Shown: positions 41,405-51,737 of the stretch, piece by piece | Layout of the letters: each line of letters starts with the position of its first letter | How positions within the stretch are numbered: the first letter of the stretch is position 1 | Source: a virus | Virus record (IMG/VR): IMGVR_UViG_3300047462_000185 | Coordinates: 42,638-106,637 of that record | DNA length: 64,000 bases | Strand: one strand, 5' to 3' | Notes under the pieces: generated by a model | What the model saw: only the letters and a program-made list of their open reading frames with translations | Databases searched by the model: none | Told to the model about the DNA's origin: nothing | Program-made: the position numbers and the translations under genes

Positions 41405-41671
41405 GTGAACATCGCGATCGACTACGACAACACCTTCACGCTCGACCCGCCGTTCTGGCGCGGATTCATCATGCGTGCTGTTATGGCGGGCCACAAAGTG
41501 CTGTGTGTCACGATGCGTCACGATAGCATGCCGGTCGAACACGAGATGTCTGTTCCGGTCCACTACACCGGTCACAAGGCGAAGCGGCCGTTCATGGAGG
41601 CGCAGGGCATCCATATCGACGTGTGGATCGACGACATGCCCGAGTTTGTCTGCGTCGATGCTGCGGCATGA
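41405..41671 (+). CDS. small HAD-superfamily-like phage protein
   Basis: IAIDYDNTFT...VTMR...K...DVWIDD. Confidence 0.75.
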   Translation: MNIAIDYDNTFTLDPPFWRGFIMRAVMAGHKVLCVTMRHDSMPVEHEMSVPVHYTGHKAKRPFMEAQGIHIDVWIDDMPEFVCVDAAA

Positions 41672-42121
41672 AGCTGACCATCACCCAGACCGAGCAGATC
41701 ATCGACTACTGCGGCGTGCCGTGCCGCATGTGGCGCGGCACGACCGAGAAGGGCACTCAGATCTACGCCTTCATTCCGTTCATCGGCATCCTGGCCGGCC
41801 AGGACATGAGCGAGATGGACGAGTTGATGGAGGTTCCGGCGCCGCCCCAGGCCGACGCGCTGTTGCAGAAGACCGAGCAATGACCAAGCGAAACCCATAT
41901 CGCGGGGCGTGCTGGGACTTCCAGGTCAAGCCGGATTACACCGGCAAGAGCGAGATCGTTCGCGAGCCGGGCAAGCCGTATCAGATCAGCCCGATGGATC
42001 GGTCGCAGTTCAACTGCCAGGACTGCCTCGACAGCGGAACAGTGCTGGGTCCGGAGCGCCATCCGGTGTGGCCTAACTATGTGCCGTGCCCCACGTGCCA
42101 ACCTGTCGAGCAGACCTCCCG

Positions 42122-42460
42122 ATGACCGACCTCGCCGGCGCCATCGAAGCACTGGATCCTGCGCATCACGCGCATGTCGCGGCGTTGCTGGTCGACATTG
42201 TGGCGGCGCGGGAGTTGCTCGCGAAGCTCACGCCGCGCGAAGCAGATGTTCTCGACTGCATGACGCGTGGAATGCCGAACAAGGAAATCGCGCGGACCCT
42301 GGGCATTTCGCCGCGGACTGTGGAGATACACCGCGTGCGGGCGGCCAGGACGCTTGGTGTGCGGAGGTCGGCCGAGGTAATACGCATTGCCGTGCTGGGA
42401 GGTCGCATAGCACCCCCGTTCGACGGAACCGCATCGGAGAACCACCGTCGTGCCGGATGA
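42122..42460 (+). CDS. LuxR-type HTH regulator
   Basis: LTPREADVL..MTRGMPNKEIARTLGISPRTVEIHR. Confidence 0.9.
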   Translation: MTDLAGAIEALDPAHHAHVAALLVDIVAARELLAKLTPREADVLDCMTRGMPNKEIARTLGISPRTVEIHRVRAARTLGVRRSAEVIRIAVLGGRIAPPFDGTASENHRRAG

Positions 42461-43115
42461 TGCACCTTCTTTTTTCGAGCGGGCCGTCTATTGGCCGACT
42501 TGCTTCAAGTGCCGCAAGCGCGTCGATCAGATCACGGCCAACTATGATCATGAGCATGGCGTGCTGCGGCTCGAAGCCGAGTGTCACGGCGAGCGCGACA
42601 CGGAGGTCGTTTCCATTCCTAAAGGCGCAACGCCGACGATCTTGCTGCGCTGGCAGATGAACGAGGGCTTCGCGTTCACCTGGATTTCCCCTTCATATCG
42701 AGGAGCTTTTCTCAATGACTGAGGAAATCGAGAAGATACAGGAAAAGACTGGCGAAACTCCCGAGAAGCGGATGCCTGCCCTTAGCGCTACGCCGGAGTT
42801 GCGTTGGTATAGTCGACCATTCAAGAGGTTAGGTAGCTCGACGGTCGACTACACGAAGCCAGAGTTGGAGCAGTGCTACATCGATTACGAGACAGGCGAC
42901 ACATTTTGGAAGGCAGTTCATCTTTTCATAGACACGATAACAGTAATGGTGAGCAACCCGCAGCCTCCTGCGCAGGATAGCGGTGATGCGTGATCTGTTG
43001 GAAACTCTCGCGGTTATATTGATCATCCTGATTTTTTGGGTGCTTAGAAGAGGACCTGAGGGCGTGGGCACCGATATTGGCGTTGCCATCGCCGCGTTCA
43101 GAAAGGCGGTCGGCC

Positions 43116-44141
43116 GTGGGTGAGATTACGGGCATCGAATGGACCGATCACACTTGGAATCCCTGGATAGGATGCCAGGCTGTCTCATGCGCATGTGATT
43201 TCTGCTACGCCGAGGCGACAGTTAAGCGTTTCGGTGGCGACTTCGCCGAACGGCGCCGCACCAGTGAGCAAAACTGGAACCAGCCGTTCCGGTGGAACCG
43301 GCAGGCCGAAGCCGAGGGTCGGCGCCATCGGGTGTTCACCTGCTCGTTTGCCGATTTCTTCGACAACAAAGTGCCGCTCGAATGGCGCCTCGACGCATGG
43401 GCCGTGATTCACGACACGCCCTGGCTCGACTGGCAGATCCTGACCAAGCGGCCGCAGAACATCGTCGCCATGCTGCCGTCTGACTGGGGCGACGGCTGGT
43501 CGAACGTGTGGCTCGGCACCACGGTGGAGAACCAGAAAGAGGCCGATCGGCGCATCCCAGTGCTGTTGGATGTGCCCGCCGCGAAGCGCTTCCTGTCGTG
43601 CGAGCCATTGCTCGGTCCAGTCGACCTGGATGACGTCGGCCTGACGAAGGTGGATTGGGTGATTGCCGGCGGCGAGTCAGGACTGCATGCGCGGCCAACC
43701 CACCCCGATTGGTTTCGCGACTTGCGCGACCAGTGCGTCGAGGCTGGTGTGCCGTTCTTCATGAAGCAGCATGGCGAGTGGATCGGGGTTCCTGATCTGC
43801 GCAACTTACCCGGCGGTAATGGGCCCGGCTTCGGTGCCTTCGATCATCATCCCTACGACCAAGAACATGAGGCGATTCGGGTCGGCAAGAAGCTGGCCGG
43901 CAAAACGCTGGATGGCCGCGAGTGGCAGGAGTTCCCAGAATCTTGGGATTTCCCTGCCAGCCCATCGAACAAGAACTCGATCCCTCTGGATCATGCGGGG
44001 CCATGCATGTGCTTCGGCAAACCAATCAACCCCGTCTGGCGCTCTGCTACCGACAAGACATTGATTGGCTATCGATGCGGCGAGTGTGGGTCTGCGTGGC
44101 CGATTTCTCCCAGGATGTTGGATTTGTCCAATGACAGCTAA
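43116..44141 (+). CDS. DUF5131 (Gp37/Gp68) family protein
   Basis: TGIEWTDHTWNPWIGC..VS.ACDFCYAE...QILTKRP...FLSCEPLLG...WVIAGGESG...FFMKQ. Confidence 0.92.
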   Translation: MGEITGIEWTDHTWNPWIGCQAVSCACDFCYAEATVKRFGGDFAERRRTSEQNWNQPFRWNRQAEAEGRRHRVFTCSFADFFDNKVPLEWRLDAWAVIHDTPWLDWQILTKRPQNIVAMLPSDWGDGWSNVWLGTTVENQKEADRRIPVLLDVPAAKRFLSCEPLLGPVDLDDVGLTKVDWVIAGGESGLHARPTHPDWFRDLRDQCVEAGVPFFMKQHGEWIGVPDLRNLPGGNGPGFGAFDHHPYDQEHEAIRVGKKLAGKTLDGREWQEFPESWDFPASPSNKNSIPLDHAGPCMCFGKPINPVWRSATDKTLIGYRCGECGSAWPISPRMLDLSNDS

Positions 44142-44369
44142 AGCAAAGTGTGACTTCCGGCGCGACAAAAAGTCCAGGTCCGTCTACCCGACCGCCAGCG
44201 ACGCCGAGCTGGCGCAATGCTTCAGGGAAGGCTCGGCCGATTGGGACAAAGGTGGGCCTTGTCCTTACCCGACCGGCGAACGCAGGTGGTGGTGGCAGCA
44301 AGGCTGCATCTTCGGGGAGAACGCATTCTGGCGGCAGAGGCGCGTCCCTGCCGCGGTGCGGGGTGCAGC

Positions 44370-44606
44370 ATGACTGACCGCAACCTGCGCCTGCCGGCCG
44401 TCATGGAGCGCACCGGCTTGAGCAAGAGCACAATCTATGATCACGTCCGCCTCGGCATCTTCCCGGCGCCGCGCAAGATCGGCCCGCGCATCTCTGCCTG
44501 GCGTGAGGACGAGATCACAGCGTGGATGGAAAATCTGCCCGAGAAGCCGCACGTCCCGCTCGAACCCAAGCGAAATGGGACACAAAGCGGGACACGCCCC
44601 TCGTAA
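44370..44606 (+). CDS. AlpA-family regulator/excisionase
   Basis: LRLPAVMERTGLSKSTIY..V..GIFPAPRKIGPRISAWREDEI.AW. Confidence 0.9.
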   Translation: MTDRNLRLPAVMERTGLSKSTIYDHVRLGIFPAPRKIGPRISAWREDEITAWMENLPEKPHVPLEPKRNGTQSGTRPS

Positions 44607-44819
44607 CGCACTGATTCCGCATCAGTCCCGTCTCCTACTCCGGGAGCCATGTGACCACCAAAACTTCCTGCGTTATCAACAGCTTAATAGCGGAAAACCG
44701 CCGCGCCACGCATTTCGTGGTCGTCCGGCAAGAGCCGTAGAAAACCGCCAAAAACCCGTTGAAGCCGGGCCGAGTCATGTGACACGGATGGGACACCGTG
44801 TCCCATGCCCTGGTGTCCC
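44577..44819. other. attP: tRNA 3'-end core (44633-44649) with GGGACAC arm-type repeats
   Basis: TCCTACTCCGGGAGCCA resembles a tRNA-Asn/Gln 3' end; GGGACAC at 44577, 44589, 44790; GTGTCCC at 44798, 44813. Confidence 0.8.
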
Positions 44820-46025
44820 ATGCCCCTCACCGACGTTCAGGTCCGCAAGGCCAAGCCGCGCGACAAGCGCTACCGCCTGGCCGACGGTGATTGCCTCTCC
44901 CTCCTGGTGCTGCCCAGCGGGGTGAAATCGTGGCGCTTCCGTCGAGTCAGGGGTGGCGTCGAGCAGGTCCAGACCCTCGGCCAATACCCGGACATGAGCC
45001 TGATCGCGGCCCGCCGGCGGCGCGACGAGCTGCTCGACGCGCCGATCGCCGGCTCGGCCGTCTCACCCCCGCTGCGCGACGTGGCGCGGGCATGGCACAC
45101 CGCCCAGGCGCCAATCTGGAAGCCGGGCCACGCCCGCGACGTCTGGACCGACCTGGAGCGGGAGATCTGGCCCAAGCTGGGCGACAAGCCGCTCTCGACG
45201 ATCACCAGGCCCGAAATCCTGGCCGTGTTGCAGCCTATCCAGGACAGGGGCGCGGTCGACCTGGCGCACCGGCTGCGCCAGCGACTGACCGACATCTGGG
45301 GCTTCGCGATCCAGGGCGGCGCGCCGGTGAGCAACCCGCTGGTCGGCATGGAGCGCGCCATGACGAAGCTGATCCAGCGCGGCCGCCGGCCCGCCGCGCT
45401 GACGCTCGAGGGCGCGCGGCAGGTGCTGGGCCGGGTCGACCGAATCCCGGCGCACCCGATCACGCGGTTCGCGGTGCGCCTGCTCGCCCTGACCGCGTTG
45501 CGCCCTGGCGAGTTGCGCCTGGGCCGCTGGGAGGACCTGACCGACCTGGATGGCGACGAGCCGATCTGGCGCGTCCCGCCGCTGCGCATGAAGCACAAGC
45601 TGGTCGACCAGCTCGACCAGCACGAGCACTTGGTGCCGCTGTCCCGGCAGACCGTGGCGCACCTGCGGGCGCTGCACCGGCTGACCGGCAAGACCCCGCT
45701 GATGTTCCATTCCTGGCTGGCGCGCGGCAATCCGCTGACCGAGGACGGCCTGATCCGGATCCACCAGCGCGCCGGGCTGTCAGGGGTGCAGGTGCCACAC
45801 GGCTGGCGCGCCACGTTCAGCACGATCATGAACGAGCGCTACGGGGCGGATTACAGCGTGATAGAGCTGATGCTGGCCCACAAGCCGAAGGACCAGGTCG
45901 CGGCGGCCTACAACCGGGCGCAGCACATGGCGCGCCGCCGCGAGTTGGCGCAGCGCTGGGCCGACCTCCTCATGATCGGGTTGCTGGAGCCGGAGCAGCT
46001 GGTGGAACTGCCTCGACGGGGTTGA
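44820..46025 (+). CDS. tyrosine integrase (P4-like, N-terminal arm-binding domain)
   Basis: LTDVQVRKAK...DGDCL.L.V.PSGVKSW; TALRPGELR; HGWRATFST; LAH; AYNR. Confidence 0.96.
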   Translation: MPLTDVQVRKAKPRDKRYRLADGDCLSLLVLPSGVKSWRFRRVRGGVEQVQTLGQYPDMSLIAARRRRDELLDAPIAGSAVSPPLRDVARAWHTAQAPIWKPGHARDVWTDLEREIWPKLGDKPLSTITRPEILAVLQPIQDRGAVDLAHRLRQRLTDIWGFAIQGGAPVSNPLVGMERAMTKLIQRGRRPAALTLEGARQVLGRVDRIPAHPITRFAVRLLALTALRPGELRLGRWEDLTDLDGDEPIWRVPPLRMKHKLVDQLDQHEHLVPLSRQTVAHLRALHRLTGKTPLMFHSWLARGNPLTEDGLIRIHQRAGLSGVQVPHGWRATFSTIMNERYGADYSVIELMLAHKPKDQVAAAYNRAQHMARRRELAQRWADLLMIGLLEPEQLVELPRRG

Positions 46026-48667
46026 TTGGCTCCCAAGTCTCGCATCGGCGCCCGTCCGTTGCCCGTGTCCAGTTCGCGTGATCGTGACCGCTGTCGATCG
46101 AGGCCCAGAACGGCAGCTCGGGCGGCAGCCAATCGCACAGCTTTGAGCCATCGATTTCTTCGCCATGCCACCGGCGGCAGGTGCCGCAGCTCTTGATCAT
46201 GGTTGGTCCACACTCCTGGAGCTGACACGAACGCTCTTGCGATCAACCAGAAACGACGGCTCGAAATCGACCCACATCTCGAACGTGGCGCCGCAGCCGC
46301 AGGTGAACTCGACCTTGCCTTCAGCGTTTGGACCGCCATCGAGCACGTCGGGATTGCTGGCGTATCGGTGCTCGGTCCCGCAGTAGGGGCAGAACCATCT
46401 GCTCATGCGAATGCCTCGATCCAGGCGCGCATGTCGCCCATCGTGCCGTGCATCGCGATCTTCAGCCCGAGATTGCGAACTTCGCTCCTGATCATGCGCG
46501 TCTCAGTATGCTTTTCCAGATCGGATAGCATCGAGGTCAGCGCATTCGGCAGGTCGCCGGCGTCGACGAATTCGAGCGCGCGGCGCTTGCAGAACGCCAA
46601 ATGCTCGGCGCGGGACCAGTCCATCATGGCTCGACACGCGTGTAGCCGTCCTCGAACGCCGCCCTGGGCGATATGGACCGAAACCCATCGTCATAGCGCA
46701 CCGCATAGTCGCCCACTTCGGCGCGCTCGGCCATCGCCGGCACACTCGGGAAAAACGACCGCCGCCCCTTATCGTCCGGCTCGACGAACAGCAGGCGCGT
46801 CATGCCGTGGCCGGATGGCAACGGCTCTTCCTCGATTGCCACGATGGGGAGCGCCTCGACGATCTTGTGCGAGCGGTATTTCGGCCAGTCCGTCATATCG
46901 AGCTTCCTTTGTCGTTCTCGGCGCACCAGACTTCACAGTCATCAAGACCTGGAAGGCGACCGAGGACGAGCGGACCCGCGAGACGCACCGCGAGCTCGAC
47001 GGGCGCCAGGTCCTGGGGATCGACACGCCGTTCCTGACCGGCACATCGAAGCGGCCAGACTTCCATTCGTAGATCAGGCCGTGCTCGAGCAGTTCTAGAG
47101 CGGTCTCGTCGCTCATCTCGGGCTGTATGCCGATAGCCAGCGTCTCGAACGCGGTGCCCGCTTCCTTCGACAGCCCTTTACAAGGGTGCTCGGTCACAGC
47201 GTTTCGTCCTGAAGGATCGAGACGGCGTGCTGCATGCCGCTCAGGTAGATCGCGGCCAACGCCTCGCGGAACGAGAAAGACGCGTTGCTCATGTCGGTGA
47301 AAATGCTCAGCGCGATCTGCTGCGCCGCCTCGTTCTGGTCAGCGGTCACGTTGCATCGATCCATGTTGTAGGGGACCATTCGAAACCGCCCGCCCGGCCT
47401 GGACGGCCTCAGCGGCTCGGGTTGCACTGGACTCTTCATGTCGGGCGCGCCTGCTCGCGTTTGAGCTCACTCTGGCGGCGCTGGTCTTCGGCCGCTTTGC
47501 CATGCTCGACCCAATACCGTGTAACCCTAGCCAAAGCTTCCAGCGCAATCTTGCGTTCGGGATTTGTCGCAGCGGTTCCCAGCGCTGCGACACAGCCATA
47601 GGACAACGCCTGAATCACCTGGTTGGGGGAATGTCCATCCATGATCGCGTGTCTGAGCAATTCGCCAACTCCGACGCTGAACCGTTCGCCGAGTTCGACG
47701 TTTAACTTCTCGCCCATGCCGATTTGCTATCAGCAAGAACGGTTGCAACGATATGCTGAACAGACTCAATCGTGACCTGCATATTGGCCAAGCGTTTTTC
47801 GGCGTCCACTAAGCACAGACGTATCGCCTCCCCGCCGTCCTGGATTTTGGATTCTTTAGTCATGTCCCGAACGCCCCTCAAGATACGAAAACAAGGCTAT
47901 TGCGAGTTCGCGCTCATCGTGGTCGGCCAACACTAAGTCGCCTCGGGGCGCGACCCTTGTCATGCGTCTGATAATTCCGCACATGCCGGAAAGCAGCTGC
48001 TCTCGGGTTGATCGTTGAATAGGAAGATCGACGGCGCGCACCCCCACAACAGCCTCCACGAACGCCGCGCCTTCGCGCTTTGCTTCGGACGCCGCGCCGG
48101 ATAGGGCTGGGGATTGGCGCTGGGCGTGTGAGTTGTTGCGGTTAGCGTCTTCGCAGATAGTCAATATGCGAGAGCAAGCAAGTAAGGCGGCTCCATGCCT
48201 TTCTGCATCGAAGGAGTGATAGGCCGTTTGCGGGATGCGTCCCGTGCCATCGCACCGGTCGCACGCGAGCGAAAGCGCGCCACCGTTGCATTCCGGCTCA
48301 GCTACGGGAAGGGCGCCCCTGCCGCCGCAGCGCGGGCACAGGGCCGTTTGGAGTTGGTCAGCGGGCATTTTCATCCTCCAAACTGAGAACCGCGCGGATG
48401 GCATCTTCGGCTGTAAGGTAAGGGCCGCCGCGCCCTATGGTGCTGCGCTCATTCCATCTGGCTTGCCAGTGCTGGCCGCCCGCGCGATCTCCCCATGAGA
48501 GGCCGCAACGCTGCTGCGGCGTCAGGGATGCGAGCAGGTCGCTCAAGCCGGTCATGACAGCACCATTGGCGTGAAGTCCGGGTTGCGGATGCTTTCATCC
48601 TTGTCGCCGCGCAATCTTCGTGCTTGCCGCCGTGCTCGGCGGGGCATGAGCCTAGGTCGGCCATTTA

Positions 48668-48859
48668 TCATAGGTAGACCCCTTCCCTGATCTGGGTGGC
48701 GAGCCGGATCACCTCGTCGAGCTGGCCCGTCGAGATCAACGCCTGAGGCGACCGTCCGCCCAGCAGCTTGTGCGGCTCGTCCAGCCAGTCGTCGAACTCC
48801 TCCAGGGTGAACAGGTCGCTCAGCAGTTCGTAGACCTGGGTCGCGTCGATGCAGTCCAT
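48668..48859 (-). CDS. Xre/MbcA/ParS-type antitoxin C-terminal domain protein
   Basis: WLDEPHKLLGGRSPQALI.TG..DEV. Confidence 0.7.
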   Translation of the reverse strand: MDCIDATQVYELLSDLFTLEEFDDWLDEPHKLLGGRSPQALISTGQLDEVIRLATQIREGVYL

Positions 48860-49373
48860 CCTGGATGTCCTCCTGCTCGCGTGAATCGTAGCGCGGCGAG
48901 ATTGACACATCAATATGTGTTTTGTAGCGTGCCGTGCAGCAGCATGAGGCGGCCCGGATCATGAGGATGATCTCAATCTCTGTGATGGTCTTCATCGGCA
49001 TTGCGGCCTGGAAGGCCCTCGACATGATCAAACTTCTTTGCGGAACGGAAACCGCGATCTGGATCGCTCTGATCGTCATCGTCGTTGTGCTCTGCATCCT
49101 GGACAGCACGAACTATGGGTGACGTCGATCTCGATCAGGTCAGATGCATTACCCTGATTGGCTATCGCACGGCCGAACCGCCCGAATGGAACAACGATGC
49201 CGAAGCCCTGGCTGAGCAACAGCGTATCGAATACCTGGATGGCCTGCCGTGCTGGCTGGAGTATCGAAAGAAATGCGCCGGGGCGTAGGCCGTCCAGCCG
49301 CCACGGGAGCGGCTGGAAACGGGCTGTCAACCTTTACGACCCCGGCGCACCTGACCACGAGAGGATGTAGTAG

Positions 49374-49748
49374 ATGCCGGACGATCTGAACAAGCTGTTC
49401 GGACTCGACAAGCTGCCACCGCCGGTCGACCAAGACGAGCGCACCCTCCTCGATGGATCGCCCGTCACACCGGATCATCTCGAAATCCAGCCCGACGGCA
49501 TGCAGAAGAGCTATATGGTGCTCAGCGAGGCCGAACGCGCCAAGGGCTTCGTGCGCCCCGTCAGGCACTCCTACAGGCATTTGACCTGCGGCACGGTCAC
49601 CACGATGGGAAGTGCGCTGGCCGAGACTTATGCGCGCTCGCCCACGTTCTATTCGGGCACGTTCTGCGTCGGTTGCCGCAAGCACCTTCCGGTCGGTGAG
49701 GATGGTGAGTTCGTGTGGGATGGCACTGACGAGAAGGTCGGCACATGA
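49374..49748 (+). CDS. conserved hypothetical phage protein
   Basis: YMVLSEAERAKGFVRPVR.SY.H..CG.VTTM..ALAETYAR.P.FY..TFC..C. Confidence 0.75.
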   Translation: MPDDLNKLFGLDKLPPPVDQDERTLLDGSPVTPDHLEIQPDGMQKSYMVLSEAERAKGFVRPVRHSYRHLTCGTVTTMGSALAETYARSPTFYSGTFCVGCRKHLPVGEDGEFVWDGTDEKVGT

Positions 49749-50468
49749 CCACGCGCGCCGCTGACGATGTCACCGAGATCGCGAAGCGCACCAAGCAGCT
49801 TCGGGACGAGCGCGAGATGGCGACTGATATCGACAAGGCCACAGGCGAGTGGCTGGACCTGCACGGCCGCCGTGCCGGTGTGACGCGGGTCGCTCATGAG
49901 TCCGATTATGCCTATCGCAACCGCATCAAAGCGGCGACAGGACAGTGACAGCCAATGCGAAAACCTCGATCCGGATGCGTCGGCCTGGCGGCGGCGATCT
50001 CGACGGCTATATTTTCACTGATGAGGCCCATGCGCGCCGGTGGTTGCAGCAGGGATTCGTGGCCGACTGGGATATCAGACTTGAGCGCGTTGAGCTGAAA
50101 AACGACGGCATATGTCCGCATTGCCGCGGTTCGGGCACCAGTGAACGCCACGCCAAGGTAATCCAGCGGCTGAGTGTGGCCGAATTCCTGGGGAAATCAT
50201 GACCGCATACATCGACGCCGCCAGTCTGAACGAAAACGACCGGATCATAATGATCGGGTCGTCGGTGATGAAGGCGCCGGCGTCGTCGGCCGACAAGCCG
50301 CTGGTCGCCGGCTTCATCGTCGAGACGGACGAGAAGGCCGATCGCTACATCGCCAAGCTGCAGAAGCGCTTCCCCGGCATTCGTGTCATCGACCGCAACC
50401 CTGGCCCAGTGGCTGACACGGTCCTGGTGCGGGTCGGGCCGCCCCTACGGTGATCACGAAAATTCCGC

Positions 50469-50498
50469 TTGCGCGACCACATCAAGATGGGATAGCGC
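50469..50498 (+). promoter_or_regulatory. putative sigma70-type promoter of the tRNA operon, with an operator in the spacer
   Basis: TTGCGC-N18-TAGCGC; CACATCAAGATGGG near-operator at 50478-50491. Confidence 0.5.
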
Positions 50499-50506
50499 TT
50501 CCGGTC

Positions 50507-50611
50507 ATGAGCATGAAGCCATCACATCGCGTCACGAATACATTCCGGCTCGGGCAAGAAAAGCCCGCGTCGCAGGGTATTTGCGCGCGTGGAGGGTTCT
50601 GGCGGGGGTAA
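50507..50611 (+). CDS. putative attenuator leader peptide (34 aa, MSMKPSHRVTNTFRLGQEKPASQGICARGGFWRG)
   Basis: short ORF whose last codons overlap the 5' strand of the antiterminator. Confidence 0.6.
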   Translation: MSMKPSHRVTNTFRLGQEKPASQGICARGGFWRG

Positions 50612-50637
50612 CGCCCCGGATCGGCGAAAGCCACCAG

Positions 50638-50674
50638 AAGCCTCCGCGGGTCAGCCCTCGGAGGCTTTTTTGTT
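50638..50674 (+). terminator. intrinsic terminator upstream of the tRNA array, with competing antiterminator 50588-50648
   Basis: AAGCCTCCG-CGGGTCAGCCCT-CGGAGGCTT-TTTTGTT. Confidence 0.85.
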
Positions 50675-50757
50675 GCTCGCGAGATGTCAGTCCTGTGCAA
50701 GTCCAGGGCCAAGCGCCGACTACGTGGCCTGGTAGAGCTTTTTGTTCTTTGACTTGT

Positions 50758-50832
50758 GGGGGCGTAGCTCAGCGGGAGAGCACTGGTCCTGCAAACCGGG
50801 TGTCGTCGGTTCGAGTCCGACCGCTTCCACCA
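50758..50832 (+). tRNA. tRNA-Ala(TGC)
   Basis: cloverleaf, G3:U70, encoded CCA; C33. Confidence 0.9.
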
Positions 50833-50836
50833 CTAT

Positions 50837-50911
50837 GCGGCTGTAGCTCAGAGGTAGAGCACCTGCTTGCCAAGCAGGATGTCGAGGGTTCGATTCCCTC
50901 TGGCCGCTCCA
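50837..50911 (+). tRNA. tRNA-Gly(GCC)
   Basis: canonical cloverleaf, U73, CCA. Confidence 0.95.
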
Positions 50912-50940
50912 TATTGCGTGTCCCGATTGGGACGATAGTT

Positions 50941-51015
50941 GCGCTTGTAGCTTAATGGTAGAGCCGGCTGCTCATAACAGCCTCGGTGCCCGTTCGACCC
51001 GGGCCGGGCGCACCA
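50941..51015 (+). tRNA. tRNA-Ile2/Met(CAT)
   Basis: cloverleaf, loop CTCATAA; Ile2 vs Met unresolved. Confidence 0.85.
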
Positions 51016-51034
51016 TTTGGCTCGCGCAGGAGAT

Positions 51035-51110
51035 AGCGGGGTAGACTGGAGGCGGTTCCAGCTAGGTCTCATAAGCCTAAGAGGGTGGTTCGATTCCACC
51101 CCCGCTACCA
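51035..51110 (+). tRNA. tRNA-Met(CAT), atypical D arm and acceptor
   Basis: TAGGT-CTCATAA-GCCTA, T loop TTCGATT, CCA. Confidence 0.75.
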
Positions 51111-51114
51111 AATT

Positions 51115-51189
51115 GCCGATGTAGCTCAGTGGTAGAGCGCCGCTTTGAAGAAGCGGGCGTGGGTGGTTCAATTCCATCCGTCGGCACCA
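51115..51189 (+). tRNA. tRNA-Phe(GAA)
   Basis: cloverleaf, loop TTGAAGA. Confidence 0.92.
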
Positions 51190-51193
51190 CGAT

Positions 51194-51269
51194 GCGGCGC
51201 TAACACTCTGGGGAGTGTGTCTGCCTTCCAAGCAGTTCCAGACGGGTTCGATCCCCGTGCGCCGCTCCA
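51194..51269 (+). tRNA. tRNA-Gly(TCC)
   Basis: cloverleaf, loop CTTCCAA. Confidence 0.9.
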
Positions 51270-51331
51270 TCTAGCCGGGAGTGCTCCATTTTGCACGTCC
51301 GCGCCACGGTGCGGTCCGGCGGCCATTTCGA

Positions 51332-51408
51332 TCCGGTCGGTCCATAATGGCAATGGAACGAGACTGTTAATCTCGACGCTGCTGGTTCGAATCCAGCGAC
51401 CGGAGCCA
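51332..51408 (+). tRNA. tRNA-Asn(GTT)
   Basis: U1-A72, G73, loop CTGTTAA. Confidence 0.9.
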
Positions 51409-51412
51409 GTTT

Positions 51413-51486
51413 GGGAGTCAAGTGTTACGGTAGCACGACCGGCTCCAACCCGGTTAGCGTGGGTTCAACTCCTACGACTCCTGCCA
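51413..51486 (+). tRNA. tRNA-Trp(CCA)
   Basis: loop CTCCAAC, G73. Confidence 0.9.
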
Positions 51487-51490
51487 AATT

Positions 51491-51566
51491 GCGTCGCGAG
51501 CCAGACGGCAGAGGCGTTCCGCTGCAAACGGAAAAACACCGTGTTCAATTCACGGGCGGCGCTCCA
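51491..51566 (+). tRNA. tRNA-Cys(GCA)
   Basis: loop CTGCAAA, U73. Confidence 0.85.
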
Positions 51567-51573
51567 ACTCGAT

Positions 51574-51649
51574 GGTGACGTGAGTCAGCCGGCGTGGACG
51601 GCCCGCTGTGACCGGGTCTAGATGGGTTCAACTCCCATACGTCACCCCA
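51574..51649 (+). tRNA. tRNA-His(GTG)
   Basis: G-1:C73, loop CTGTGAC. Confidence 0.88.
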
Positions 51650-51653
51650 ATTT

Positions 51654-51728
51654 GCCGGATTAGCACAGCGGAAGTGCAGTGGTTTTGTAAACCGAAGGTC
51701 AGGAGTTCGAATCTCCTATCCGGCTCCA
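51654..51728 (+). tRNA. tRNA-Thr(TGT)
   Basis: loop TTTGTAA. Confidence 0.92.
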
Positions 51729-51737
51729 GTTTCATGA

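Noticed and set aside
44633-44649. A full tRNA gene or prophage boundary
   Set aside because: Only the 3' 17 nt are present and phage genes continue on both sides
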